Assembly: GCA_016748015.1 (NCBI GenBank)
Contig: JAAOMT010000510.1
Coordinates: 1 to 61,952 of the forward strand
From: Geosiphon pyriformis uo1
Taxonomy: Eukaryota > Fungi > Glomeromycota
Length of the DNA: 61,952 nt
Direction: 5' to 3'
Shown: positions 12,418 to 23,263 of the stretch, in pieces
Numbering within the stretch: the stretch's first letter is position 1
Layout of the letters: each line of letters begins with the position of its first letter
The notes under the pieces: generated by a model
Database searches by the model: none
What the model was told of the DNA's origin: nothing
What the model saw: the letters and a program-made list of their open reading frames with translations, nothing else
Translations under genes and position numbers: made by a program

Positions 12418-13105
12418 TAACCTCCTCCTCAAGACTGAGCTCTATCGAAGTCCAAGTACTGTCTGTTATTTCCAGATAATAATCCAAAATTATTGAAGAA
12501 ATTTGGTCTGAAAATTGTTGAAATTTCAGTTCTGTGAGCTTTCCAATATATTGAATCTTCAAAGGTTGAAAAATTGGGTTTTGTAGTACGTTTTCACAGG
12601 TGTGGAATAGGTCATAAAGTCTAAGAGCAGCTCTAAGCCTGTAGCGACTGTTTGTTGATCCAGCTGTTGTCTTGAATTCATTGTGAAGTTGTTTCTGAAT
12701 AGCTTCTTTTGTGAGGTTTGCTGTTGTAAGTTCTAGTTTCCATTCATAGAGTGTTTTTCTGATGTGAAAATATCTATAGATTGGAGAATATTCAGTGTTT
12801 TCCTCATTAAGACACAGTTGAAGTTTTTGTTGAATTGTAGCATTTGGTGGAATACTAATCGGAGTAAGCATTAGGTTTTCTCTTAAAGCAAGCTTTAAAA
12901 GTTCTGGCAGGTGAATTCCAGTATAACTTCTTGTGTTCTTTTTATATGGGTGATATTTTTGTGAGTTTGGGGCTAAATTTGTAACTACTTCTGTTTGGGT
13001 ATAATTAATGTGGTTTCCAGTAACAGTAATAGATAATTTGGATATTGTTTTTAAAGCTAACATTAGTTTTTGGGATAATTGTTGAATGTTTTGAGGAATA
13101 ATTAT
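12386..13105 (-). CDS. Additional ORF3 of family B (~240 aa, unknown function)
   Basis: Stop-free frame between integrase and LTR. The start is ATG in the copy at 23500 (MTIPQNIQQ) and ATA here. Three partial or complete copies. Confidence 0.7.
   Translation of the reverse strand: MIIPQNIQQLSQKLMLALKTISKLSITVTGNHINYTQTEVVTNLAPNSQKYHPYKKNTRSYTGIHLPELLKLALRENLMLTPISIPPNATIQQKLQLCLNEENTEYSPIYRYFHIRKTLYEWKLELTTANLTKEAIQKQLHNEFKTTAGSTNSRYRLRAALRLYDLFHTCENVLQNPIFQPLKIQYIGKLTELKFQQFSDQISSIILDYYLEITDSTWTSIELSLEEEVMLSDEIRDII
12421..12430 (-). other. Polypurine tract, family B
   Basis: GAGGAGGAGG on - strand, 3 nt before the LTR. Confidence 0.88.
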
Positions 13106-13220
13106 TATAAGCAATTGAAAAAATAAAAATTATTTTTGGTGTATGAGTTTTTATGTTATTTTTGTTTTTGTTTTTGTGAGATTGTTTCTAAATTATAAGA
13201 GAATAACTAGTAAAATTAAA

Positions 13221-14606
13221 TTAAGTGTTCAGGTTGGAAGGTTGTTCAATAACAACTATTGGTTCTAAGTTTCAGGGAATATCTTCGGGACTGACCAAAG
13301 GGGAATGTGTACTAATTTGTAGAATTAATGGTTCAGAATTGTTTCTGGAATGATAGTGTTTCAAATGATTTCCATGTGCAACTTTTGCTAGGATTTTGTC
13401 ATCAAGTCTTAGCTTGTATGATCCATTGCCTAGGACTTTATGGATAAAGAATGGTTCATCCCATTTATTTTCAAATTTTCCACTCCATTGTTTTTCAGCT
13501 TTAGTTCTGTATAAGAGAACTTTGTTTCTAATTTTAAATTTATTGGTGACTAAAGGCAATTTGTCATCATGCCATTCTTTTTGTTGAGCTTGGGAGTGTT
13601 CAATATGGGTGGCTGCTATTCGTTGTTTTCCTTCCAATGTACTAAGCAGAGTGTAGGCTCTTCACTGAAGCGTTTCTTGGAAATTGTTTTCATCGATCGG
13701 TTGTGCTGGATATGTTTCCACTGTGAAACTAATTGGTAACGTTGTCATTCTTCCATAAGTTAAATCAAATAGTGTGTGTTTTGTGGTATCTTGTTTTAAT
13801 GTCCTATATGCTAGTAACACTGATGGAATAAAGAGATCTCATTCTTGCTCAAAATCGGTTGAGACTTTGGCTAATAATTTACACAATGTTCTGTTAAAAC
13901 ATTCCACAAGTCCATTTGTTTGTGGATGGTAAGACAAAGACAGAGGTCTTTTGACATTGAATCGTTCACAAATTTCTTGTATCAAGTTGTTCACAAAGTG
14001 TGTTTCTTGATTGGATAAAAGTTCAATTGGACATCTATGTCTACAAATGATGTCTTCGTAGATAAAATTTGCTACTGATTTCGCATCTGCTTGTTGAATG
14101 GCTCTGGCTTCAGGCCATTTAGTAAGATAGTCTACAGCTACTGCAATATAATGGTTTCTTTGAGTGGTGATAGATAGTGGTCTAACTAAATCAATACCAA
14201 CTCTGTTAAAAGGCTGTCCAACTTTGATTGGATTTAAAGATTCTGTAGGGCGAGTTCCTCCTCTTTTTTGACAATTATCACAAGATTCGACATATTTGTG
14301 AATGTCTTTTTTCATTTGAGGCCAAAAGTAATATTCTAGTGTTCTTTGGGTGGTGCTATCTTTTTCGAAGTGTGCTGATAAAGGATCTGAGTGCATGTTG
14401 TATAAAATGGTCTCTTTTTCCTGTTCTTGTATTAATCTGAGTGGTTTGGTTGGGTTTTTGAAATTTCGATGATAGATAATGTTATTATGTAGAAAATATT
14501 GTTTGGTTTGTTGTTGTAACTAATGTTTTTCATCTGGGGACCAATTTGTTGGGATTGTTAATGTCTCCAAATATTGTTTGAGATTGTTGTAGTTTTCGGG
14601 GTTCAT
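13221..14606 (-). pseudogene. Integrase of family B (own ATG, ~461 codons, internal stops)
   Basis: HHCC (H..H..CDNC), VGIDL, DYLTKW, YHPQTNGLVE, and a GPY/F-like WDEPF motif. No evident chromodomain. Confidence 0.92.
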
Positions 14607-14655
14607 TGTTTGTTGTTTTGATGCTGTTAATTTAAATGGGTGTTGGTTTTGTTTT

Positions 14656-17600
14656 CTAATTTTGCCTCATTCTTGAGAGACAATCAACATTGGTGTGGAG
14701 TTTTCCTGGTTTGTGGTGTACAATGTATTGGTAATTAGCTAAAAATCCTGTTCATTGGGTTTGTTTTGCATTCAGCTGGGTGTTTTTGTTTTGAAGCCAT
14801 TTAAGTTCAATATTATCAGTGATAATATTGAATTCTTTGGGTCTGAGGTAAAAGTTGAAGTGATGTAAGGCCCAGATTACTGCTGCAGTTTCTAATTCTG
14901 TTGTAGGGTAGTTCTTTTCGGCTGGCTTTAATGTTCTACTAGCATAAGCAATTACTTGCTCATTTCTATTGTCATTTAACTGTGATAGGATGGCACCAAA
15001 GACAGTATAAGAGGCGTCAGTTGCTAACTGGAATCGGTTGCTGAAATCTGGGTAGGCAAGGATTGGAGCTGTTGTGAGTTTTTCCTTAAGTATCTCAAAG
15101 GCATTTTGGTGTTCTTCTATCCATTTGTATTCGATATTTTTAGTAGTAAGCTGGTTGAGGGGTTTTGCAATTTCTGAAAATCCTTTGATGAATTTTTGGT
15201 AATAGGATGCTAATCCAATAAATCCTCTTAATTCTGTAGTATTTTGTGAAATCTTGAAGTTCTTGACAGTACTGATTTTTCTGGGGTCTGGTTTAATTCC
15301 ATCTTTACTAACAATGTGACCAAGAAAAGCTAGACTTGTTTTTCCAAAGTAGCATTTTTCAATGTTCAGTTTCAATCTTGCTTTCCGTAATTGTTGAAAA
15401 ACTTCTCGCAGGTGAATTAAATGTAGCTTGAAAGATGGTGAATAAACATCAGTGTTATCAAGATAAACTACTACTGATTTCCAAAGGAGGCCTTTGTAAA
15501 CAACATTCATGAGTCTTTGGAATGTTGCTGGTGCATTGCATAATCCAAAAGGCATTACATTGAACTTGTAATTTCCTTCTTGAGTGGTAAATGCTGTTTT
15601 GGGGCAGTCTTTGGGATCCATAGCAACTTGTCAGTATTCACTCTCTAAATCTAATGTCGAAAAGTATTTGGACTTTCCAAGAGCATCCAACATGTCATCA
15701 ATTCGGGGAAAAGGGTAGACATCCCCAATGGTGACACTGTTGAGTTGTCGGTAATCAACACAAAATCGTATCTTTCCATTTTTCTTTTTAACTAGGACCA
15801 CAGGTGAGGCCCATGGGCTCATTGATAGTTGAATAAGCCCATTGTTAAGCATCCGTTGTACTTCTTCTTGGATAAATTGGTGACTTTCTGGAGCAACTCA
15901 GTAGGTTTGTTGTCGCCTTGGTTTGGCATCTCCTGTATAGATTTGGTGTTAAACCAAATCAGTTCTTCCTAAGTTATTGTTGTTTTTGGCAAAGATGTCA
16001 GCAAATTCTGCAATTAGCTCTTTGAGCTGAATCTGTTGTTGTGGTTCAAGTTGTCCCATGTTGATTCGAGATAGTTTTTCCATGACAACATGGTAGTTTT
16101 CAAAACTGGGGTTTGGGTTGGTTTTTGGTATTGAATGTCCAATAATTTCAGAGAAATTGGGAACTATTTGGGGTAATTATTGTTGAAATATATTACTGTG
16201 AATAACTCCAATTTCTAAATTATTTAATAAAATTATGGAGTAATTATTGGGGTTGTAAAAAGTAACTCAGATTTTCTTTGTTCCTTCTGGAATATAAATG
16301 TTTGGGATCGAAATATTATGTTCCAAGCAGACTTGTTTATTGGACTCAAAAATTTGTTGTGTGGTTGTTGGCTTTGGACAGGTGTAGATTTCCGAATGTT
16401 CTCCAAAGGATGAGATAGTAATCAGTTGTAGGAGTCTGAGAATCTGGTGAGATTCATTCTGAGTGTTAAGAGCTATATTAACTAGAACTGTGAATTGTCC
16501 AGTTGAACCAAAACCTTGGGTTCCTCTATCGCTTTTTCCTAATTGTTTTCTTTGATTGACTAGTTGCAAACTCAAAATGTTGATTAAAGGTAGGTAAATA
16601 GCTTGGGCAATTTTTTCAGCATGTTCGATCTTGAATGATTTGTCAGTTTCATTTTAAAGCATCACTGTTATGTCTTCAGTATATCCAGCATTGATTATTC
16701 CTCCTCTGACATTGATTCTTTTGCTTGTCAGAGAGGACTGGGAGGCGATTTGAACCATTGCTCCTGGCGGGATTTCGAGTGCAATTTTGAGGTTGATTTT
16801 TGTGAGAGATTTGGGTTTGAGAACAAGAGTATCCTTGCCTGGATATCTTAGGTCATATCCAGCATCAATTTCGTGTGCTTTTTCGGGTTTTATTCCTTGT
16901 TCATTGTTGTTGAAGTATTTAAGTTGTAAGGCAGGCTGATTTTTGATAAGGTAGATGGGTGTTGTTTTAATTTCTTCCGTTTCTTTAGGTTCTCCAAATT
17001 CAATTTCATTCTCATCATTTTCGCTGGGCAAGGGGATACTAAGAGCATAGCACTCAGAACACTATTGTTCATCGCAAGGCATAATGCATTCTTTACATAG
17101 CCTAATGTTCATTTGCTCTAATTGTTGAATTTGAGCTTCTTGGGTTGGGTAGGTGTAACTTGCAATTTGGTGGTAGACTTCTACTTCATCTTCATAATCG
17201 AATCCAGCTAATTCCATAGTGTATTCAATATATTCTGCTTCCTTCATTTGACGAACATTTTCTTTGGTAGCTCCATTAATTAATGCCATTACTAAGTCGA
17301 AAATTATCTCAGCATTATGAGGGTAGTGATAGAGTTTGTTAAGAGCACTGTTGTATGCTGCATTAAAGGGTGTTCTTTTTTTTACTTTTTCTGAAATTGA
17401 TAAAGCATATTGGCAGGTCTGATCGCAGACTTCTCCTCTCATTGCTACATCAATCCAATTGCATTCTTCCGATAGCATATCTCCACAAGTTAAACAAGGG
17501 GTGTTGTCTCATTTTCCGCTCCTTTTTATTAGATGGTCCCATCACTCTCTGTGGCAAGTCTTGCAGTAATAACAAGTATGATTCTCATATTCTTCTTCAG

Positions 17601-20127
17601 ATAAAATGCAGGCTCCCATTGACGATAGTTTCTTGTAGCAGTCCTTACATTTAAGGAGAATATAGGGGTGTTGTTTCCTTGGTTTGGGTTTTGAGTAAGA
17701 TGTATTCCATCCAGAGGTTTCAGATTTAGTGTGTGGGATAAAATGTTCTTGTTCCGTTTCATCAGCCCAGTTGGACGTTGATTTAAGAGCCATGAATGTT
17801 TTGATTATTGGTTTTTTTTTTTCTGGTTCAAATTCAAAAGCCGGGGCTTTTTCAGAGCGTTTGTTGAATGTGCCACACATGGCAGGTACCCAGGCGTGTT
17901 GTCCTTGGTAGGAGATTGTTAACTCTTGTATTTCCCAATTCAGATTAGCATTGGCTTTTTGAAGCCAATCATTTCCGACGAGAGCTTGGTACTGGGGTGC
18001 GTCCATTACAAAAACTTTGACTGGAATGGTGATTCCATCAAGAGTGAATAGAAAATTGTCAATTTCTCCTACTGGGGTCTTTTTCATATCATCAACAGTA
18101 ACAATTACTGTTTGAGCTGGTCAGTCGACATTTCTTTTCAACTGTTGCATTAACTGGTAGGTGATAATGCTTCTGGTAGATCTACTGTCTAGGATCAAGC
18201 GAATTGGCTTTCCTTCTACTTCAGCTTCTGTGTACATTGCAGTGATAGCTTTTTGCTCATTAGCCACTGCATTGCTAAGCAAGAATGGTGATTTATTTAC
18301 TTCAAATTCGAAAGGAAAGATATCAGAGAGATTGGCATTTTCAGCAATTCGGGCTGGTGGAATAGTGATGTGGTTATGAGAAAGATTTTGTTGTTGTTGT
18401 GCTGCAGCTCTACCTTCTGAGAGTGCAGTATGGTGAAAATCCTGTTCTTCCAGCATTGTTAAATAACTGGGTTGAGTGTAGTAGTGGTTGAGTCTTGGTT
18501 GAGTGGTATTTCGGGGAACCAATTGGTTGTTCGAACTGATTCTACTGTTGTTTACTTGGTATCAGTTTTGTGGTGTGAATTGATTTTGTGTAATCAGTCT
18601 TCAAGCAGATACTTGATAATATTGTGTGGGTGGTTGTTAGTATTGCTGTTGGATTGGTTGTGAGGCGGGCTGATAATAGTTATTTTGGTATTGGGGTCTT
18701 GGTGGATAGTAAGCTGGGGGTGATGGTTGATAATAAGATTGCTGTGGTGGAGAGTAACGTTGATTACCCCTATTTTGTTGGTCTCATTGTAGCTTTCTGC
18801 AATCTCTTTTCCAGTGGCCAGAGATTCCACAGTAATGGCAATTCTGGGGCTGGTTATTGGAAAGTAGTGCAAAGTTATTTTGATTTCGTCTTTGGGGTGG
18901 TTGATATCTCTGTTGTTGTTGGTTGGTAAAATAGTTTTTGATCTTCTTTGTGAGTTGGTCAATTTTTTTCTCAGCTGCTGAGCTGGTTTCTCCAATTGCC
19001 AAATTTACAAGTTTTGTATGATTGGCCTCTTTCATGGCCATTTCATATCTTTTCGCGTGCTGTATAGCAGAGTTTAAATCTTCTGGTGCGTGTGGGCAAA
19101 CCTTTTTAATTAGTTTATCTTTTAGACCAGCGATAAATTGATCCAAGATTTGAGCATCGGAATAATAATCATTTGTCTCGAGTTGGCGAATTCGTCTGAG
19201 AAGTTTGTTGAATTTCCCAATATAAGTTATAATGGATTTGGAGGGTTCTTGTTTGATATTTCGAAAACGATTGCGAAGAGTGATGAAGGTATTATTGTCG
19301 GTGAACTGTTCAAGAAAGGCTGCTTTGAAAGCATTCCAATCATTAAATGAGACGGCCAGGTTTTCAAACCATTCTCCTGCTGTTCCTTTGAAAAAGTATG
19401 GAATTGTTCTTAACATTCTGGTGGCATTTCACCCATTTGCATTTCCGGCTTTAGTAACTTGGTCGAGCCATTCTTGAGGACTGGTCTCAATGTCTTCTCC
19501 ATTAAAGTCAGAGATTTTTGCAATGTATGTTGTCATTTTGTTTTCTTTGTTTTCACTGTCTATTGATTCTTCTTCAGTTATTTCAGAGTTGTTTTCTTTG
19601 TTTGCTGTTGTCTCAGAGTGTTTACTTTGATTTTCAGCTAGAAAATCAAAGAGATTGGAACTAGTTTGAAGGGGTTCTTGTTGTCTGGTGGGACTTCTGA
19701 GTGATGTAAAATCTTCTGGTCTTGCAAATTGATTCAAGGGTGAATTAGGTGTTTGTGCTTGTGCAAGTGAAGCTGGAAAAGGTGTGATAGTAAGTAGAAG
19801 TTTTGAGCTGGTTCCTTGTTCAGGTGTTTGTAGATGTTTGAATGATATTTTGGGAGTATTGGGTGTTGTGTGAACAGGTCGGTTATTTTTTTGTCTTTTG
19901 TTGCTACTGGTTTCAGGTTCAGATTCGAGTTCAAAGGCAAATTGTGTGTTTGCAGGATATTTTTCTTCACAAAACTGAATGATATTATAATCGAGTTCCT
20001 CAAAATAAGTAGCACAAGCTTCAGCACTAATGTTTTCTGATTCAGTGTTGGAATAGTGTAGTATGTTCTCAAGAAGATCTCTTTTAACTGTTGTAATGTT
20101 ATAGTTCCCAAAGAGGTAGTCATTGAT
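14656..20127 (-). pseudogene. Gag-PR-Cys-rich-dUTPase-RT-RNaseH polyprotein of family B (one frame with stops)
   Basis: All component ORFs (19429, 18784, 18121, 17542, 17062, 16654, 16267, 15631, 14752) share one frame. CHYCGISGHWKRDC at 18799-18840; LILDS; SPWASP; MPFGL; YLDN; TDAS; ends DCLSRMRQN*. Confidence 0.93.
16498..16925 (-). other. dUTPase domain within family B polyprotein
   Basis: DAGYDL, ASQSSL, GGIINAGY, IAQ, RGTQGFGSTG. Confidence 0.92.
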
Positions 20128-20147
20128 NNNNNNNNNNNNNNNNNNNN

Positions 20148-20676
20148 GAAAAAGGAATAATACAACCATCAATGAGCCCATGGTCCTCACCAGTTGTTTT
20201 AGTAAGGAAAAAGAATGGAAAAATTAGATTTTGCATCGACTATCGCAAACTAAACAGCAAAACAACCAAAAACTTATACCCAATACCGTTAATTGACGAA
20301 ATCTTCAATGTTTTTGGAAGAGCAAAATGGTTTTCTACACTGGACTTGACCAGTGGGTACTGGCAAGTGGAAATGAACCCAAAGGACAGGCATAAAACAG
20401 CATTCACAACACAAAATGGCAATTATAAGTTCAATGTAATGCCATTTGGATTAACAAACGCTCCTGCGACATTCCAAAGACTAATGGATGTAATTTACTC
20501 CGAAATCCTGTGGCAATCCATTGTTGTCTACTTGGATGATACAAATGTTTTCTCGTCAAAATTCACGAATCATCTCCAATATTTACAACAAGTTTTTGAG
20601 AGATTGAGACATGCTGGACTTAAACTAAATCTAGAAAAATGTTTCTTTGGGAAAAATGAGCTAGCATTTTTAGGAC
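20148..20676 (+). pseudogene. Family A RT fragment (second copy)
   Basis: SPWSSP, FCIDYRKLN, LDLTSGYWQ, YLDD; near-identical to 3436-3861 where they overlap. Confidence 0.92.
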
Positions 20677-20696
20677 NNNNNNNNNNNNNNNNNNNN

Positions 20697-21693
20697 GCAA
20701 TCTCTTTTCCAGTGGCCAGAGATTCCACAGTAATGGCAATTCTGGGGCTGGTTATTGGAAAGTAGTGCAAAGTTATTTTGATTTCGTCTTTGAGGTGGTT
20801 GATATCTCTGTTGTTGTTGGTTGGTAAAATAGTTTTTGATCTTCTTTGTGAGTTGGTCAATTTTTTTCTCAGCTGCTGAGCTGGTTTCTCCAATTGCCAA
20901 ATTTACAAGTTTTGTATGATTGGCCTTTTCTATGGCCATTTCATATCTTTTCGCGTGCTGTATAGCAGAGTTTAAATCTTCTGGTGCATGTGGGCAAACC
21001 TTTTTAATTAGTTTATCTTTTAGACCAGTGATAAATTGATCCAAGATTTGAGCATCGGAATAATAATCATTTGTCTCGAGTTGGTAAATCTGTTTGAGAA
21101 GTTTGTTGAATTTCCCAATATAAGTTATAATGGATTTGGAGGGTTCTTGTTTGATATTTCGAAAACAATTGCGAAGAGTGATGAAGGTATTATTGTCGGT
21201 GAACTGTTCAAGAAAGACTGCTTTGAAAGCATTCCAATCATTGAATGGGGCGGCCAGGTTTTCAAACCATTCTCCTGCTGTTCCTTTGAAAAAGTATGGG
21301 ATTGTTCTTAACATTCTGGTGGCATTCCACCCATTTGCATCTCCAGCTTTAGTAACTTGGTCGAGCCATTCTTGAGGACTGGTCTCAATGTCTTCTCTAT
21401 TAAAGTCAGAGATTTTTGCAATGTATGTTGTCATTTTGTTTTCTTTGTTTTCACTGTCTATTGATTCTTCTTCAGTTATTTCAGAGTTGTTTTCTTCGTT
21501 TGCTGTTGTTTCAGAGTGTTCACTTTGATTTTCAGCTAGAAAATCAAAGAGATTGGAACTAGTTTGAAGGGGTTCTTGTTGTCTGGTGGGACTTCTGAGT
21601 GATGTAAAATCTTCTGGTCTTGCAAATTGATTCAAGGGTGAATTAGGTGTTTGTGCTTGTGCAAGTGAAGCTGGAAAAGGTGTGATAGTAAGT
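20697..21693 (-). pseudogene. Family B gag fragment (second copy)
   Basis: Near-identical to 18799-19795. Confidence 0.92.
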
Positions 21694-21713
21694 NNNNNNN
21701 NNNNNNNNNNNNN

Positions 21714-23243
21714 GTTCTCTTACAGATCCTATGACTTACAGGTTCTGTGCTGGTACTCTGTTCATCTATTGAATTCTTCTGTGCATATTCATGTTAGTGC
21801 TTCTGATAACTTTCTGACAGGCATGGTTCACATTCTTTTTGATTGTGATTTGTTCTTGGGTGGCTCTTTGGCCAATTTTTTTCAATTTTATGGTGGAGTC
21901 TCTATGTCTGTTGTTTTGGGCAAGTTACAGTTTCTCAGGTTTTTCTCTTCTCTTTGATGATATGGTATTGCTTTTGTGAATCAACTTTGTAATTATTGTG
22001 GTTCTGTTTTTGATTAGTACACTTTTAAGCATTGAAAGAGATTGGACTCTTGTGGTCCTGTTCCTAAATAGTTCGAGCTTTCTGTTGTGTTTCTAAATGG
22101 TAGAAGTCTATTTCCCACTTGTCTCTCAGTTTTGGATAGTGTTGGTTCTTTGAACATTCTTGAATCTTAAGATTTTGTTTCTGTTCGTAATCATTTCTTG
22201 CAAATTGGTGCTGATAGTTTGTTGGTATATACAGATAGACCTCTTAATAATCTGGGCTCAATTGGCTGTAGAACTGGTGCTGCTGCCTTTTTCAAGAACA
22301 TTGATTTGGGTTTGGATGTTGATGTGTCAGGTTTAATGTCATCCACTTTGGTGGAGTTGCAGACTATAGCATTGGCTTTGGAGTGTGTTCCTCCTCTGTG
22401 CTCTGTTAATTTGTTTTCAGATAGTCAATCTGCTTTAGATGCTTGTAAGTCAGAATTGGGTCTGGTGTATTTTGATTTTTGTAATCAGTATTGGGTCAAA
22501 TATTATTATATTACCAATGTTATTTGCAGTAAGGATTTAAAGGTCAGCTGGCATAAGATTAAAGGCCACTCTGGTGTTTCAGAAAATAAGCACACTGATG
22601 TAATTGCTAGTGACACTTCTCTCTCTAATTAGTATTTTCCTTTTCACTTGGGTGAACACTTCATAAGAGCTGATGATGGTGTGTTTTCTGGCAATTTCAG
22701 ACATTTTGTCTATGATATTTATTATTCAGTTTGTTGTACATGCTGAGAGGTTAGTTCTGGTTCTAGATTTTTGGTAAGCAGTTTGCTTTCTGAGGTTAAC
22801 TGGTTCCATTTATCTTTGGTTTGGCACCCTGACTTGTACATAACTGCCAGTTTTACCAGTAGACCCTTAGCTAATACACACACTTACTTCATGAAAGCTT
22901 TACACCATTAGCTGCCAGTTGCCATTTGGAAACACCTTTATAATAAACTTTATTCTAATATGTTGTGCTAATATTGTGGTAATGTAAAGGTGTCAGATCA
23001 TGTGTTCTTTTGTAAGATTAATAAATCTGTTTAATGTTGGTTATTAAAATCTTATGTGGATTCCTGGGAGGCAGTTTCTGGTCTCTTTCATTCTTTTTCA
23101 GATATATTACAGCTGTTGTTATCTTGTATCTCTAATTTCTCTGTATCTATAGCTTTTTATAAGAGTTTTGTTTTTAATAATTGGTTTTGTGAAACTGTTT
23201 CTGTCTTCTATGATCCCAAAATTGCTGGTTTGGAGGTTGTCAA
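21714..23243 (+). pseudogene. LINE alpha ORF2 RNase H and C-terminal region
   Basis: VYTD, ELQTI, FSDSQSAL, KIKGHSG..N..TD RNase H motifs; degenerate CxxC..H..C motif downstream. Confidence 0.88.
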
Positions 23244-23263
23244 NNNNNNNNNNNNNNNNNNNN

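Larger units (their letters stand above)
11436..20127 (-). mobile_element. Ty3/Gypsy family B, main contiguous copy (3' LTR to gag)
   Basis: Order on - strand: gag, CCHC, PR, Cys-rich, dUTPase, RT, RNase H, IN, ORF3, PPT, LTR. Confidence 0.95.

Noticed and set aside
12386-13114. Calling ORF3 an env gene
   Set aside because: No signal peptide, furin site or transmembrane helix visible.
19429-20190. ORFs that span N gaps (also 2518-3474, 3350-3907, 5396-5908, 59936-60178)
   Set aside because: The fusions are artefacts of 20-N placeholders joining unrelated contigs.
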